A DNA stretch of 63,481 bases, counting the filler. It is 5 parts of 5 records of this genome, joined end to end, with 100 filler letters (N's around TTAATTAATTAA, not from the genome) between each part and the next. Parts side by side here need not be neighbours in the genome. Positions count along the whole stretch, not along the records: positions 26,957 to 40,551 come from DRR378314_139; positions 40,652 to 51,667 come from DRR378314_142; 3 more parts are not named here. One strand, written 5' to 3'. Within the stretch, counting starts at the first letter, position 1. Each line of letters starts with the position of its first letter. A model generated the notes under the pieces. That model saw nothing but the letters and a program-made list of their open reading frames with translations, was not told where the DNA came from and ran no database searches. Below are positions 30,986-40,886 of this stretch, piece after piece. Made by a program: the position numbers and the translations under genes.

Positions 30986-31976
30986 ATCAACCGCATTGCT
31001 GGTGGCCCTGTCCCTACCAGCCTCCCCCGTGCTGGCCGAGAAATTTGGCCTAGGCCGCCCTGCCCTACCCGAAGAAATCGCCGCTTGGGATGGGGATATT
31101 ATGCCCGATGGCACCGGCCTGCCTGTCGGGTCCGGTGATGCGCTGATCGGCGAAGAGATCTTTGCCACTCAATGTGCCGCCTGCCACGGTGACTTTGCCG
31201 AGGGGATCGACAACTGGCCCAAACTGGCCGGTGGGGCCGATACATTGGACCATGAGGACCCCCTGAAAACCGTAGGCTCCTACTGGCCCTACCTGTCGAC
31301 CGCTTTTGATTACATCAAACGGTCCATGCCCTATGGCAATGCCGGAACGCTCAGCGATGATGATGTTTATGCAATTGTCGCCTATATTCTCTACTCAAAC
31401 GATCTGATTGAGGATGATTTTGCGCTTTCAAACGAAAGCTTCTTTGATGTCGAGATGCCGAATGCCGATGGGTTTATCCTCGATAACCGTGCTGAAACAG
31501 AATATGCGCAGTGGACCGGCGAACCCTGCATGCAGAATTGCAAATCCGAGGTCAAAGTGACCATGAGGGCGATGGTTCTGGATGTGACCCCCACGGAACA
31601 GGAGGAGTCAGCACCAGTTGACGCAACGCCCGCCCCCGTGGTCGCCGCATTTGACGCGGAACTGGCAGCGCAGGGTGAAAAGGTTTTCAAGAAGTGCAAA
31701 GCCTGCCACCAGATCGGTGAAGGGGCCAAGAACCGGTCCGGCCCGCTTTTGACGGGCATTGTCGGGAATAATGCCGGTGCAGTGGAAGGGTTCAAATACT
31801 CACGGGCGCTCAAACAAGCCGCTGAGGGTGGGCTGGTCTGGAGCAAAACCGAACTGGCCGCCTTTCTGGCCAAGCCCAAGTCCTATATGAAGGGCACAAA
31901 GATGTCTTTTGCCGGTTTGAAAAAAGAAACCGACCAGGCGGCGGTGATTGAATACCTAAAATCCTTTAAGGAGTGA
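30969..31976 (+). CDS. soxD: SoxD di-heme cytochrome c
   Basis: FGLGR.A, CAACHG, KTVGSYWPY, second heme CKACH; overlaps soxC. Confidence 0.95.
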   Translation: MSKFLKSTALLVALSLPASPVLAEKFGLGRPALPEEIAAWDGDIMPDGTGLPVGSGDALIGEEIFATQCAACHGDFAEGIDNWPKLAGGADTLDHEDPLKTVGSYWPYLSTAFDYIKRSMPYGNAGTLSDDDVYAIVAYILYSNDLIEDDFALSNESFFDVEMPNADGFILDNRAETEYAQWTGEPCMQNCKSEVKVTMRAMVLDVTPTEQEESAPVDATPAPVVAAFDAELAAQGEKVFKKCKACHQIGEGAKNRSGPLLTGIVGNNAGAVEGFKYSRALKQAAEGGLVWSKTELAAFLAKPKSYMKGTKMSFAGLKKETDQAAVIEYLKSFKE

Positions 31977-31978
31977 TC

Positions 31979-32683
31979 ATGCACCATAGTTTGCGCGCCT
32001 TTCTGCCTCTCGCCGGAATCCTTGCGGCAGGGGTGGTTTGGGCAAACGAATTTGGTGACCCTGAGGCAGGGGCGTTAGTGTTTAAACACTGCAAATCCTG
32101 CCATCAGATTGGTGAAGGTGCGAAAAACCGTGTCGGCCCGCAGTTGAACGGCATTTTCGGGCGACCCGCGGCGGGCATTGAGGGGTTCAAATACTCCAAA
32201 AGCATGATGCGCGCAGGGGACGACGGGCTGATCTGGACCGAAGAAACACTGGATGCCTATATCGAGAACCCCAAGGCATTGATCTCCAAAACACGGATGA
32301 ATTTTCGCGGGCTGTTGGATGCGACCGAACGCGGGCATCTGCTGACCTATTTGCGGATCTTTTCGGACAATCCCGCAAACATCCCAGAGGCCGAACCAAC
32401 AGCCACCGCCACGGATCATGATCTGGATCCTGCAATACTCGCCCTTGAGGGGGATCCGGAGTATGGTGAATACTTGGCCAGCGAATGCCTGACCTGTCAC
32501 CAAAGTAGTGGCACCGATGAGGGCATTCCCGCCATCACCGGCTGGCCGACGCAGGACTTTGTCGTCGCCATGCACGCCTATAAACGTAAACTCAGGCCCC
32601 ATCCGGTGATGCAAATGATGGCGGGCCGTTTATCGGATGAAGAGATCGCGGCAATCGCCGCGTATTTTAAGGACCTCGAATAG
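31979..32683 (+). CDS. soxE: SoxE di-heme cytochrome c
   Basis: CKSCH (c2-like) and CLTCH; located between soxD and soxF. Confidence 0.88.
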   Translation: MHHSLRAFLPLAGILAAGVVWANEFGDPEAGALVFKHCKSCHQIGEGAKNRVGPQLNGIFGRPAAGIEGFKYSKSMMRAGDDGLIWTEETLDAYIENPKALISKTRMNFRGLLDATERGHLLTYLRIFSDNPANIPEAEPTATATDHDLDPAILALEGDPEYGEYLASECLTCHQSSGTDEGIPAITGWPTQDFVVAMHAYKRKLRPHPVMQMMAGRLSDEEIAAIAAYFKDLE

Positions 32684-32708
32684 GGGCCGTTTTCTGGGAG
32701 GAAAGAAC

Positions 32709-33974
32709 ATGAAACTGAACAGACGTGTCTTTATCGGCAGCAGTGCTGCGGCGGCTACGACACTTGCCGCGCCTACTGTCTTTGCAGACGGCCACGGCAA
32801 ACCACGTGTTGTTGTTGTCGGTGGCGGGGCCGGCGGGGCCACTGCTGCGCGCTACACTGCCAAGGACAGCAAAGGCGCGATTGACGTCACGCTGATCGAG
32901 CCAACGCGGATGTATTACACCTGTTTCTTCTCCAACCTCTATCTGGGCGGTTTCAAGGAGATCGACGATCTGGGTCACAGTTATGGCGGTCTGGCCGCCG
33001 GGGGCGTGAACGTTGTGCATGACTGGGCCACGGGTGTGGACCGCGAGGCCAAAACCGTGGCGCTGGCTGGTGGTGGTTCCCTGCCCTATGATAAACTGAT
33101 CCTGTCGCCCGGTATCGATTTTGTCGACGGTGCGGTTGAGGGCTGGGACCTGTCAGCGCAGAACGCGATGCCCCACGCCTATAAAGGTGGATCACAAACC
33201 GAACTGTTAAAGGCACAGCTGACGGTGATGCCAGAGGGCGGCACCTTTGCAATGGTCGCCCCCCCCAATCCCTACCGTTGCCCCCCCGGCCCTTACGAAC
33301 GCGTGTCGATGGTGGCCCACTACCTCAGCGCCAACAATCCAACGGCCAAGATCATTGTCGCGGACCCCAAGGAAAAATTCTCAAAGCAGAGCCTGTTTCA
33401 GGAAGGCTGGGCGAACCACTACGAAGGGATGATCGACTGGATCGGCGCCGATTTCGGCGGCGGCAATGTCTCTGTTGATCCAAACGCCATGACCGTGACC
33501 ATTGACGGAGAGGTCACCAATGTCGACGTCTGCAACGTTATCCCTGCAATGAAGGCGGGACGGATTGCCGAACTGGCCGGTGTGACAGATGGCAACTGGG
33601 CCCCGGTAAATGCGGCGGATATGTCCAGCAAGGCGGATGGCGACATTCATGTGTTGGGCGATGCGGCGCATCAGGGTGACATGCCCAAATCCGGTTTCTC
33701 TGCCAATTCTCAGGCCAAGGTATGCGCCAATGCGGTGCGCGGTGCGCTGACGGGTTCCAAGATATTCCCGGCCAAGTTCTCCAACACCTGCTGGTCGCTG
33801 ATCGACACCAACGACGGTGTGAAAGTCGGTGCAACCTATGAGGCGACAGAGGAAAAGATTGCCAAGGTTGACGGGTTTATCTCGGCCACCGGCGAAGCTG
33901 CCGACCTGCGCCGCGCGACCTATGAGGAATCCGAAGGCTGGTACGCAGGCATCACCGCCGATATGTTCGGATAG
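32709..33974 (+). CDS. soxF: SoxF flavocytochrome c sulfide dehydrogenase flavoprotein
   Basis: Tat [40 protein letters not shown]. Confidence 0.94.
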   Translation: MKLNRRVFIGSSAAAATTLAAPTVFADGHGKPRVVVVGGGAGGATAARYTAKDSKGAIDVTLIEPTRMYYTCFFSNLYLGGFKEIDDLGHSYGGLAAGGVNVVHDWATGVDREAKTVALAGGGSLPYDKLILSPGIDFVDGAVEGWDLSAQNAMPHAYKGGSQTELLKAQLTVMPEGGTFAMVAPPNPYRCPPGPYERVSMVAHYLSANNPTAKIIVADPKEKFSKQSLFQEGWANHYEGMIDWIGADFGGGNVSVDPNAMTVTIDGEVTNVDVCNVIPAMKAGRIAELAGVTDGNWAPVNAADMSSKADGDIHVLGDAAHQGDMPKSGFSANSQAKVCANAVRGALTGSKIFPAKFSNTCWSLIDTNDGVKVGATYEATEEKIAKVDGFISATGEAADLRRATYEESEGWYAGITADMFG

Positions 33975-33983
33975 GAAAAACAC

Positions 33984-34011
33984 TGCGGGATTGACTGGGT
34001 TCAATCCCGCA
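33984..34011. terminator. Stable hairpin after soxF
   Basis: TGCGGGATTGA-CTGGGT-TCAATCCCGCA perfect 11-bp stem; no clear U-tract on the + strand. Confidence 0.45.
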
Positions 34012-34056
34012 CGACAGCCGCCGCGCGATACTGCTCACACATAAGGAGACGCTACC

Positions 34057-34494
34057 ATGAAATCACTTCTACTGGGTGGCGCGCTGGCCCTGATCAGCGC
34101 GGGCTTTGCGGCAGCGCAAGACAGCTCAACCGTCTATGATTTTGACGGCAGTTTTGATGATGCAACCTTCAGCGTCGAAAGCGCAATTGTCGGCAAGGGG
34201 CTGGTCATCGACTATGTCAGCCACGCCGGTGAAATGCTGAACCGCACGGCAGGTGACGTGGGCAGTAATGTGAAACTGTTTGAAGCGGCGGATATCTTTG
34301 TGTTCTGCTCGGCCGTTTTATCGCGCAAGGTGATGGAGGCGGACCCGATGAACATCGCCCACTGTCCCTACGGCGTTTTTGTCGCCGAACGTGAAGGCAA
34401 GGTCATTGTGGGGTATCGCAACTATCCCGAAGGGGCGATGCAGGAAGTGCAGGCCTTGCTGGATGAGATCGTGAGAGAAGCCATCGGGGGCTAA
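34057..34494 (+). CDS. DUF302-domain periplasmic protein
   Basis: Signal peptide; FCS..L...MEADP.NIAHCPY motif. Confidence 0.82.
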   Translation: MKSLLLGGALALISAGFAAAQDSSTVYDFDGSFDDATFSVESAIVGKGLVIDYVSHAGEMLNRTAGDVGSNVKLFEAADIFVFCSAVLSRKVMEADPMNIAHCPYGVFVAEREGKVIVGYRNYPEGAMQEVQALLDEIVREAIGG

Positions 34495-34497
34495 GGA

Positions 34498-35574
34498 TCA
34501 CGATTGCGGGCAGGTGCCTGCGGATCTTATCCGCGGACCGTCCTCTGTCAGACGTTGGGTCACAACCGCACCGACCCACATCGACAACAGCGCCAGCCAT
34601 GCGGTCAAAGCGAAAATCGCACCGCCCGACATACCTGCCCCCACTGCACAGCCCCCGGCCAGCATGCTGCCAAACCCCATCATAACGCCCCCCAGCAGAT
34701 ACCGTTCCATCGGCATCTGTGGCTCAAACCGTTGTATGCGGGCTTCCTTTGTGATCACGGCCATCAAGAGCGCCCCCAGAAAGACCCCCGGCACAAGGCC
34801 GGAGCCAAAGCTCATCGGTAATTCGCGCTCATTGACGAAGCCCATCAGAGTGTCCGCTGAGGGCCCGGTAAAGGTAATGGAAGAAATCGCAACCATCTCG
34901 AACGCGTTTTGCGCAACGGCGTAGGTCGCGATCCAGCCAGCAGCGATTGACGCACCCACGATTACAGCTGCTCCCGTCCGGCTTTTCGCGTTGCCACGGT
35001 ACAGCGCAAATACAACCGACAACAATAAGCATCCCGCCGCAACCAGCGCGGCGGTGCGTGGCAGGATCCCGATATGCGCAAGCAAGTCGCGCGACCGGCC
35101 ACCGCTGATCGTCCAGATCCCGCCAAGGCTTTCGCGCAATGGCGACAATACTCCACGCAAGGACGCCTGCGCCGTCAGCGTCAGCACAAGCCCTGTGACG
35201 ATGGCCCGAAGATTGCCAGTGGCCGAGAGAACCAGCAAGCGGCTGGCGCAACCGCGGGCCAGGATCATGCCCGACCCGAACAATAGCCCACCAAGGATCG
35301 CACCAGACAAACTGCCCTGTGCTGCGATCTGGCGTGCATTTGAAACATCCAGATGCCCCGTGGCGATGGCAAGCTGCACCGTACACACGGCCGCACTGAA
35401 AGCGACAAACCAGATGGCAAGGCGCGGGCCCCAGATATTATGGGAAAACTCAATTGTCGCGGCCCGCAGACAGAACCGTGAATGCTGGGCCGCAGCACCA
35501 AAGACCATACCGATACACAGGGCCAAACCAAACAGAATTGGGCCTTCGCCGAAAGTGTCGATCAGGTCTTCCAT
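34498..35574 (-). CDS. YeeE/YedE sulfur-compound transporter
   Basis: SRFCLRAA, GMILARGCAS, LAGGCAVGAG conserved Cys motifs; multi-TM. Confidence 0.9.
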   Translation of the reverse strand: MEDLIDTFGEGPILFGLALCIGMVFGAAAQHSRFCLRAATIEFSHNIWGPRLAIWFVAFSAAVCTVQLAIATGHLDVSNARQIAAQGSLSGAILGGLLFGSGMILARGCASRLLVLSATGNLRAIVTGLVLTLTAQASLRGVLSPLRESLGGIWTISGGRSRDLLAHIGILPRTAALVAAGCLLLSVVFALYRGNAKSRTGAAVIVGASIAAGWIATYAVAQNAFEMVAISSITFTGPSADTLMGFVNERELPMSFGSGLVPGVFLGALLMAVITKEARIQRFEPQMPMERYLLGGVMMGFGSMLAGGCAVGAGMSGGAIFALTAWLALLSMWVGAVVTQRLTEDGPRIRSAGTCPQS

Positions 35575-35673
35575 GGGCCAAACGCTCCGCTGGGTATGCG
35601 GGGTTTATAGTGCCGCGTCAGGTTAAACATCTTGACGCAGATCAACACGACACCCTGACGCGAACCGGTAAGA

Positions 35674-35868
35674 TCAGCTGTTTTTACACGTATTCACCCC
35701 AATGATGCGATACAGCGGGCAGAACTTTAGAAACGCCGTGCCAAGCAGGATAACCCCGATCCAGCCCCAGATCCCGATGGTCCCGGTCAAAGTAAGGATG
35801 ATCAGCGCAGCACCGATAACGATGCGCAAAATGCGGTCAAATGATCCTACATTCGTAGTCAGTTCCAT
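35674..35868 (-). CDS. DUF2892 (YgaP-like) small membrane protein
   Basis: NVG..DR..R, two TM helices, FCPLY..IG.NTC. Confidence 0.88.
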   Translation of the reverse strand: MELTTNVGSFDRILRIVIGAALIILTLTGTIGIWGWIGVILLGTAFLKFCPLYRIIGVNTCKNS

Positions 35869-35912
35869 AGTGTGTCCTTTCAAGACTGTGGTCGATATGT
35901 AGACTGGCCGCG

Positions 35913-36875
35913 CTATTCAAACTCCATCTGTTCATAGACACGGCCCGCGTTTTTGGTTGCCAGTTCTTCGAATGTATCCAGATGTGCATAGGGTGTCTGA
36001 TCAACATAAAACGCCTCTGCCAGCCCCCCGCCCGCTTCCAGATGGGCCCCGACTTTTTCGCGCAGATAGACCAGATAATCGTGAGTATAGCGGCGGACCT
36101 GATCCATGTTGGTGGGATGGCCGTGACCGGGAACAACATAGGTGGCCCCCAGCGGTTCAAATGCAGCCTCCCAGGTCTCGATCCAATCCGCCGTCATTGT
36201 GTGTTCAAAGATCGGCAACATCCGTTCGTGAAACGCCATATCCCCCGAAATCACGAGGCTTTGCTGCGGCAGCCAGACTACAATGTCACCGGGGCTATGG
36301 GCCGGGCCAAGATATCGTGCTTCGATTTCTGTGCCCCCCATCACAACAACATATGCATCCTCAAAGGTCTGGGTTGGCAGGGTCACGGTTGTCTGATCCG
36401 CGCGTTCTTTCACACGGGCCTGTGTCGCACGCAGCGATTGGCCGCCATATGCTTCAAACTCAGCCGCTGCATCCACATGGGCGACAATCTCCACCCCTTG
36501 CTCTGCCCAGTATGAGTTACCCAGCATAGCGTGACCCTGGCCGTTTTCGTTCAACACCAGTTTGACCGGTTGGTCCGTCACCACCTTGATTTCATCGTGC
36601 AGCGCCTTGGCCAACAGATAGGATCCGCCGCCATTCACCACGACCACACCGTCATCTGTGATGATAAAGCTCAGGTTGTTGTTATGGCCCGCATTTTCAT
36701 AGGTCGGCGGCGCGGTGGCCCCGATGGCGGAGAAAACGTTTGGGATAACCTCAACCGGTTTGGAATAAAGCAATGAAGCGGGATATTGATCCGCAATATC
36801 CTCACTTGCCAAGGCAGGCAGGGCAACCAGGGCACTGACCAAGGCCAAGTTCAGCGGAAGCAAGCGCATGTTCAT
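35913..36875 (-). CDS. soxH: Periplasmic MBL-fold protein, SoxH-like
   Basis: Signal peptide; degenerate NENGQGHAMLGN metal motif, AHSPGD, SGD, PGHG; alternative start 36869. Confidence 0.75.
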   Translation of the reverse strand: MNMRLLPLNLALVSALVALPALASEDIADQYPASLLYSKPVEVIPNVFSAIGATAPPTYENAGHNNNLSFIITDDGVVVVNGGGSYLLAKALHDEIKVVTDQPVKLVLNENGQGHAMLGNSYWAEQGVEIVAHVDAAAEFEAYGGQSLRATQARVKERADQTTVTLPTQTFEDAYVVVMGGTEIEARYLGPAHSPGDIVVWLPQQSLVISGDMAFHERMLPIFEHTMTADWIETWEAAFEPLGATYVVPGHGHPTNMDQVRRYTHDYLVYLREKVGAHLEAGGGLAEAFYVDQTPYAHLDTFEELATKNAGRVYEQMEFE

Positions 36876-37783
36876 CCCTCCTTCACAAAAGCATAACCGG
36901 CAGATGTTTTATCAACATGACCCACGCCGTTTCCGGTCAGGTGGTAGCCGATGACGCGGGTCTTTTCATGGGACAGTTGATCCATCAAAGACAGCCGTGT
37001 CGCCGCTGCGGTTTCGGGGTCTTGGTCGGATCCCGAATGCCATTCAGGTCTGGCAAAAGCGATGTGGTCATTGCCAATGCAGTCACCCAATATCATCACC
37101 GCCTCGCCCCCCCGCCGGACCTCAAATGCCATATGGCCGGGCGTATGGCCAAAGCTGGCGCGGGCTGCAACGCCGGGCAGGATCTCGTCCCCATCATTGA
37201 AAAAGGTGATGCCGTCTTCGATCATCTCAAGCCGGCGTTTGGCCCCAACCGCGAAAGACGCCCGTGCCTCGCCAATCTCGTCCACCGTGTTGGGGTTGAT
37301 CCAATAGTCCCATTCAGCCTGCCCAATCAGATAGCTGGCCCGTGTGAACAGCGGATCACCAAAGTCATCCAGCAGCCCCCAAAGGTGGTCAGGGTGAGCA
37401 TGGGTGAATACCACATCCGTCACATCATCGGGCGTGACAGTCAGCGCCTCAAGCGAGGCCAACAAGTCACCGGCGGTAGGGGCGAAATCCGGCCCTGATC
37501 CAACATCGAACAGCACCACCCGATCGCCATGGCGCATCAGCGTTACGTTGCAGGGCGGGGTCAACACATCGGCGGATTGCTCCAGATCCTTGAGGATCGG
37601 CAGCAGTTCGGTTTGCGGCATGGGATCAAAGATAAACCCACCCGGCAAGTTAAGCGAACCATCGCTGACCACGTCAAGCTGGATGTCGCCCAAGGAAATC
37701 TGCGCATGGGCCAGACCGGGCAGCATCATAAGACCTTGACTGGCCGCTATCCCTGCGAGGAATTTCCGCCTTGAAACCGCCAT
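36872..37783 (-). CDS. soxG: Tat-exported MBL-fold hydrolase, SoxG-like
   Basis: SRRKFL; THAHPDHLWG, GHTPGH, LGD, GYH; overlaps the soxH-like gene. Confidence 0.7.
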   Translation of the reverse strand: MAVSRRKFLAGIAASQGLMMLPGLAHAQISLGDIQLDVVSDGSLNLPGGFIFDPMPQTELLPILKDLEQSADVLTPPCNVTLMRHGDRVVLFDVGSGPDFAPTAGDLLASLEALTVTPDDVTDVVFTHAHPDHLWGLLDDFGDPLFTRASYLIGQAEWDYWINPNTVDEIGEARASFAVGAKRRLEMIEDGITFFNDGDEILPGVAARASFGHTPGHMAFEVRRGGEAVMILGDCIGNDHIAFARPEWHSGSDQDPETAAATRLSLMDQLSHEKTRVIGYHLTGNGVGHVDKTSAGYAFVKEG

Positions 37784-37882
37784 CCTGCACCCCTCCAATA
37801 ATTCTATTATTTGAATATGAAGCAGATTGAAGGCCGGAGCAAGAGATATGCTTGCCCCGCCATCGTAGCGGTCAGATCATGC

Positions 37883-39067
37883 TCACACGGGTTGGCGCGC
37901 GGGCATCAGAACCGCGCCCAATGCGATCACCAGAATGATCAAGGCAACCACGGCAAGCACCGTCCAGCCATATCCCGCGACAATGGCCCCCGCAGCAAAG
38001 GCACAGATCGTCGAGGCCAGCGCAATCACTGTGTCATTCGCCCCCTGCACCACGGGCTTTTCTGCTTCCGACACCACATTTGCCAACATGTTTGTCGCGC
38101 CGATAAAGCCAAAGTTCCACCCCAGCCCCAACAGGATCAGCGAGGCATAGAAATGCGCCCCCGACAGACCGCTGAGCGCAACAAGCGCAGACAGGATCAA
38201 CAGGACCAGCCCACCAATCGCGATGCGCTGTGTTCCATAGCGTTTGATCAGAAAGCCGGTGAAGAAACTGGGCGCGAACATGGCGACCACATGCCAGCGG
38301 ATCACATCACCCGACGTGGCCTCGCTGAAGCCACAGCCCACCATGGCAAGCGGCGTGGGGATCATCAGGAACACCATGATGCCCTGCGATACCGCACCAA
38401 TGGCCACGGCTTTGCGCACCGGCCCGCGCCGCAGCACTGAAAGGGAGGCCAGCCGCTTGCCAAAGCTCTGCTTCGCGGGGGCTATAGGTTTCGCCATACG
38501 CACGAAGGCAAGCGGCAACAGCCCGATCAGGGAGATAACCGCAATCGCGCCGTAAGCCCCCGCAAGCGGCACGGGCGCAAGGGCGTCTTTGGCCATGATA
38601 AACACCTGCGGCCCGCCAAAGGCCGCCACCAACCCCGATGTCAACATCAGCGAAATCGCCACCGGCTGCCATTCCGGGCTGACCACCTCTGCCGCTGCAA
38701 AGCGGAAAAACTGAAAACAGGCAAGCGCGGCCCCAAGGAACAGATGCGCGATGCACAACAGGATGAAACTGCCGCTGATCATCGCCCAGACTCCCAACAA
38801 CGCACCAGCCATCGCCGCAGCAACACCAAGGGCAAACCCCGCCTTGCGGCCACGCCGCCCCATCAGCAGGGAAAAAGGCGCTGCTGCAAACAAGCCCGCC
38901 AGCGTTTGAAGCGAGGCTGGCAAGGTCGCAAGCGCCGTGGACGGGGCCAGCATCAGCCCGGCAAGCCCGCCAAGGATGATCAGCATCGGCATCGCCGCGC
39001 CGAGGATGGTATTGGCCGCAAGCAGCCCCAGAAAGTTTCCGTTGCGGGCAAAGGTCAGGGAGGACAT
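37883..39067 (-). CDS. MFS transporter
   Basis: About 12 TM; GRKAGF, FRFAAAE, WHVVAMFAPSFFTG, LGLGWNFGFIG. Confidence 0.88.
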   Translation of the reverse strand: MSSLTFARNGNFLGLLAANTILGAAMPMLIILGGLAGLMLAPSTALATLPASLQTLAGLFAAAPFSLLMGRRGRKAGFALGVAAAMAGALLGVWAMISGSFILLCIAHLFLGAALACFQFFRFAAAEVVSPEWQPVAISLMLTSGLVAAFGGPQVFIMAKDALAPVPLAGAYGAIAVISLIGLLPLAFVRMAKPIAPAKQSFGKRLASLSVLRRGPVRKAVAIGAVSQGIMVFLMIPTPLAMVGCGFSEATSGDVIRWHVVAMFAPSFFTGFLIKRYGTQRIAIGGLVLLILSALVALSGLSGAHFYASLILLGLGWNFGFIGATNMLANVVSEAEKPVVQGANDTVIALASTICAFAAGAIVAGYGWTVLAVVALIILVIALGAVLMPARQPV

Positions 39068-39150
39068 GGGTAAATCTCATTTGGAAATGGTTGACACCCC
39101 GGTTTGTAAATCGGATGCACGATGTCTGATATGTCAAATAGGCGTCAAAA

Positions 39151-40119
39151 ATGGACAAACAGCTTTCTCCGCGCAGCATTGATGTTCTGGCGTTTGATGA
39201 CGTGAATTTGCTGGACGTCGCCGGCCCTGTTCAGGTGTTCAAGACCGCAAGGATCAACAACCGCAGAAAATATGAAATGCGCTATGTATCGCTGGATGGC
39301 GCAGCGGTGCGCAGCTGTTGCGGGCTGCGGCTGGAAACGGATGCGCGACTGTGTGACACGTCCAGCAGCGATGATTTATTGATCCCCGGCGGGGTTGGCG
39401 TGGATGCCCTGATCCCTGATGAATCCTTGCGCCGGATCATTCAGAACCGCGCCGCAAGGGCTGGCAATGGGCGGCTGATCTCCATCTGTTCTGGTGCCTT
39501 GGTGTTGGCGGCGGCGGGCGTTCTGGACGGGCATGCGGCCACAACCCATTGGTCGCGTGCGGCGGATGTGCGCAATTTCGCAAAGGTTGCCTGGGATCTG
39601 GACCGGATCAGCACCACGCAGGACCGGCTGTTCACCTCTGCTGGCGTGGCCACGGGGATTGATCTGGCGCTGGCGATCATCCGCGCTGATTGCGGACCAG
39701 CCGTTGCGCTAGAAGTGGCCCGCGAGCTGGTGGTGCAGCTGCGCCGCACCGGCGGGCAAAGCCAATATGCCATCCATCTGGCCGGTCAGTTTTCACAGGA
39801 TGATGCCCTGACCCGGCTGATCGAACAGGTGGTGACAAACCCGCAATCAGATTGGTCATTAGAGGCGCTGGCGGATACGGCAGGCATGAACCCACGCACA
39901 CTGTCGCGGCATTTCAAACGGGATTTACAGGACACGCCAGCGCAGTTTGTCGAACGGGTGCGGGTCGATCATGCACGGGGACTGTTGCAGGAAAATCTGC
40001 CGCTGAAACAAGTCGCAAAGGACAGTGGTTTTGGGGATCTGCAACGGATGCGCCGCGCGTTCCAACGTCGCTTTGGTGTGCGGGTCAGCGAATATCTGAC
40101 AGCCTTTGGCGATATATAG
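39151..40119 (+). CDS. GlxA/FtrA-type AraC regulator with DJ-1/PfpI-like domain
   Basis: LLDVAGP, SICSGA, ATTHW, TSAGV..GIDL, RRTGGQSQY, C-terminal AraC HTH. Confidence 0.92.
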   Translation: MDKQLSPRSIDVLAFDDVNLLDVAGPVQVFKTARINNRRKYEMRYVSLDGAAVRSCCGLRLETDARLCDTSSSDDLLIPGGVGVDALIPDESLRRIIQNRAARAGNGRLISICSGALVLAAAGVLDGHAATTHWSRAADVRNFAKVAWDLDRISTTQDRLFTSAGVATGIDLALAIIRADCGPAVALEVARELVVQLRRTGGQSQYAIHLAGQFSQDDALTRLIEQVVTNPQSDWSLEALADTAGMNPRTLSRHFKRDLQDTPAQFVERVRVDHARGLLQENLPLKQVAKDSGFGDLQRMRRAFQRRFGVRVSEYLTAFGDI

Positions 40120-40129
40120 ATCTGCGACA

Positions 40130-40165
40130 GAAAAGGTATCCGGGGCCGGCGAACCGGCCCCGGAT
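40130..40165 (-). terminator. Intrinsic terminator of the ABC binding-protein gene
   Basis: ATCCGGGGCCGG-N4-CCGGCCCCGGAT 12-bp stem followed by ACCTTTTC on the minus strand. Confidence 0.75.
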
Positions 40166-40172
40166 CAATGGC

Positions 40173-40551
40173 TTACTGCCAGGACTTGATCAGCTCGTCA
40201 TAAGCGATCGTTACCGGCTCTTCGTCTTCATTTGCCAGTTTCGCCTTGGGTGAACCGGGCTGGGACAGCCAGTACTCTGGGTCCTGCTCCTCGTTCATCT
40301 TCGGGCCAATGTCGCCCTGAACACCAGCACGCTCCAGACGGATCAGAACCTTTTCCTGATCTGCGCAAAGTGAATCCAGTGCTTCCTGAGGTGTTTTTGC
40401 ACCAGACATCGCATCACCAATGTTCTGCCACCACAGCTGTGCGAGCTTTGGATAATCAGGCACGTTGGTGCCGGTTGGTGACCACTGAACGCGCGCAGGC
40501 GAACGGTAGAATTCAACCAGACCACCCAGTTTCGGCGCGCGCTCGGTAAAG
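40173..40551 (-). CDS. ABC transporter substrate-binding protein (glycerol GlpV-like), 3' part only
   Basis: FTERAPKLGGLVEFYRSPARVQWSPTGTNVPDYPKLAQLWW...YDELIKSW; open at the linker. Confidence 0.85.
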
Positions 40552-40651
40552 NNNNNNNNNNNNNNNNNNNNNNNNNNNNNNNNNNNNNNNNNNNNTTAAT
40601 TAATTAANNNNNNNNNNNNNNNNNNNNNNNNNNNNNNNNNNNNNNNNNNNN
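40552..40651. other. Artificial contig linker
   Basis: 44 N + TTAATTAATTAA + 44 N. Confidence 0.99.
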
Positions 40652-40710
40652 CATCCATGGCGGTCAGATGGCAAAAGTAGCGCCCAGGGAAGAGTTTACA
40701 GCGCCCTCGC
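40652..40710 (-). repeat. Probable dispersed intergenic repeat (REP/MITE-like) at the contig edge
   Basis: GCGAGGGCGCTGTAAAC...CCCTGGGCGCTACTTTTGCCATC...CCATGGATG resembles a Halomonas-type repeat as I recall it; only one copy here. Confidence 0.45.
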
Positions 40711-40778
40711 CTAGCCTTATCACCTACTGAGTAACCAATAGGGAGTCATGTACACCTGTCACGCCGTTTACAGCTTGA

Positions 40779-40794
40779 CGTTACAGGTGTAACG
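40779..40794. promoter_or_regulatory. Palindrome CGTTACA-GG-TGTAACG, candidate regulator/enhancer site
   Basis: Perfect 7-bp arms among other TGT/ACA half-sites upstream of the sigma54 activator gene. Confidence 0.45.
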
Positions 40795-40886
40795 CACGAC
40801 TAACGGCGTAAGCAGACCACGTTGACTCTGGGGGTAAAGCGCATAGGCTGAAAGAACAATAACGACAGCGCCCAACGAGTAACGCC

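Noticed and set aside
26957-33974. Core sox cluster as the novel system
   Set aside because: A well-characterised pathway in canonical order with the expected motifs
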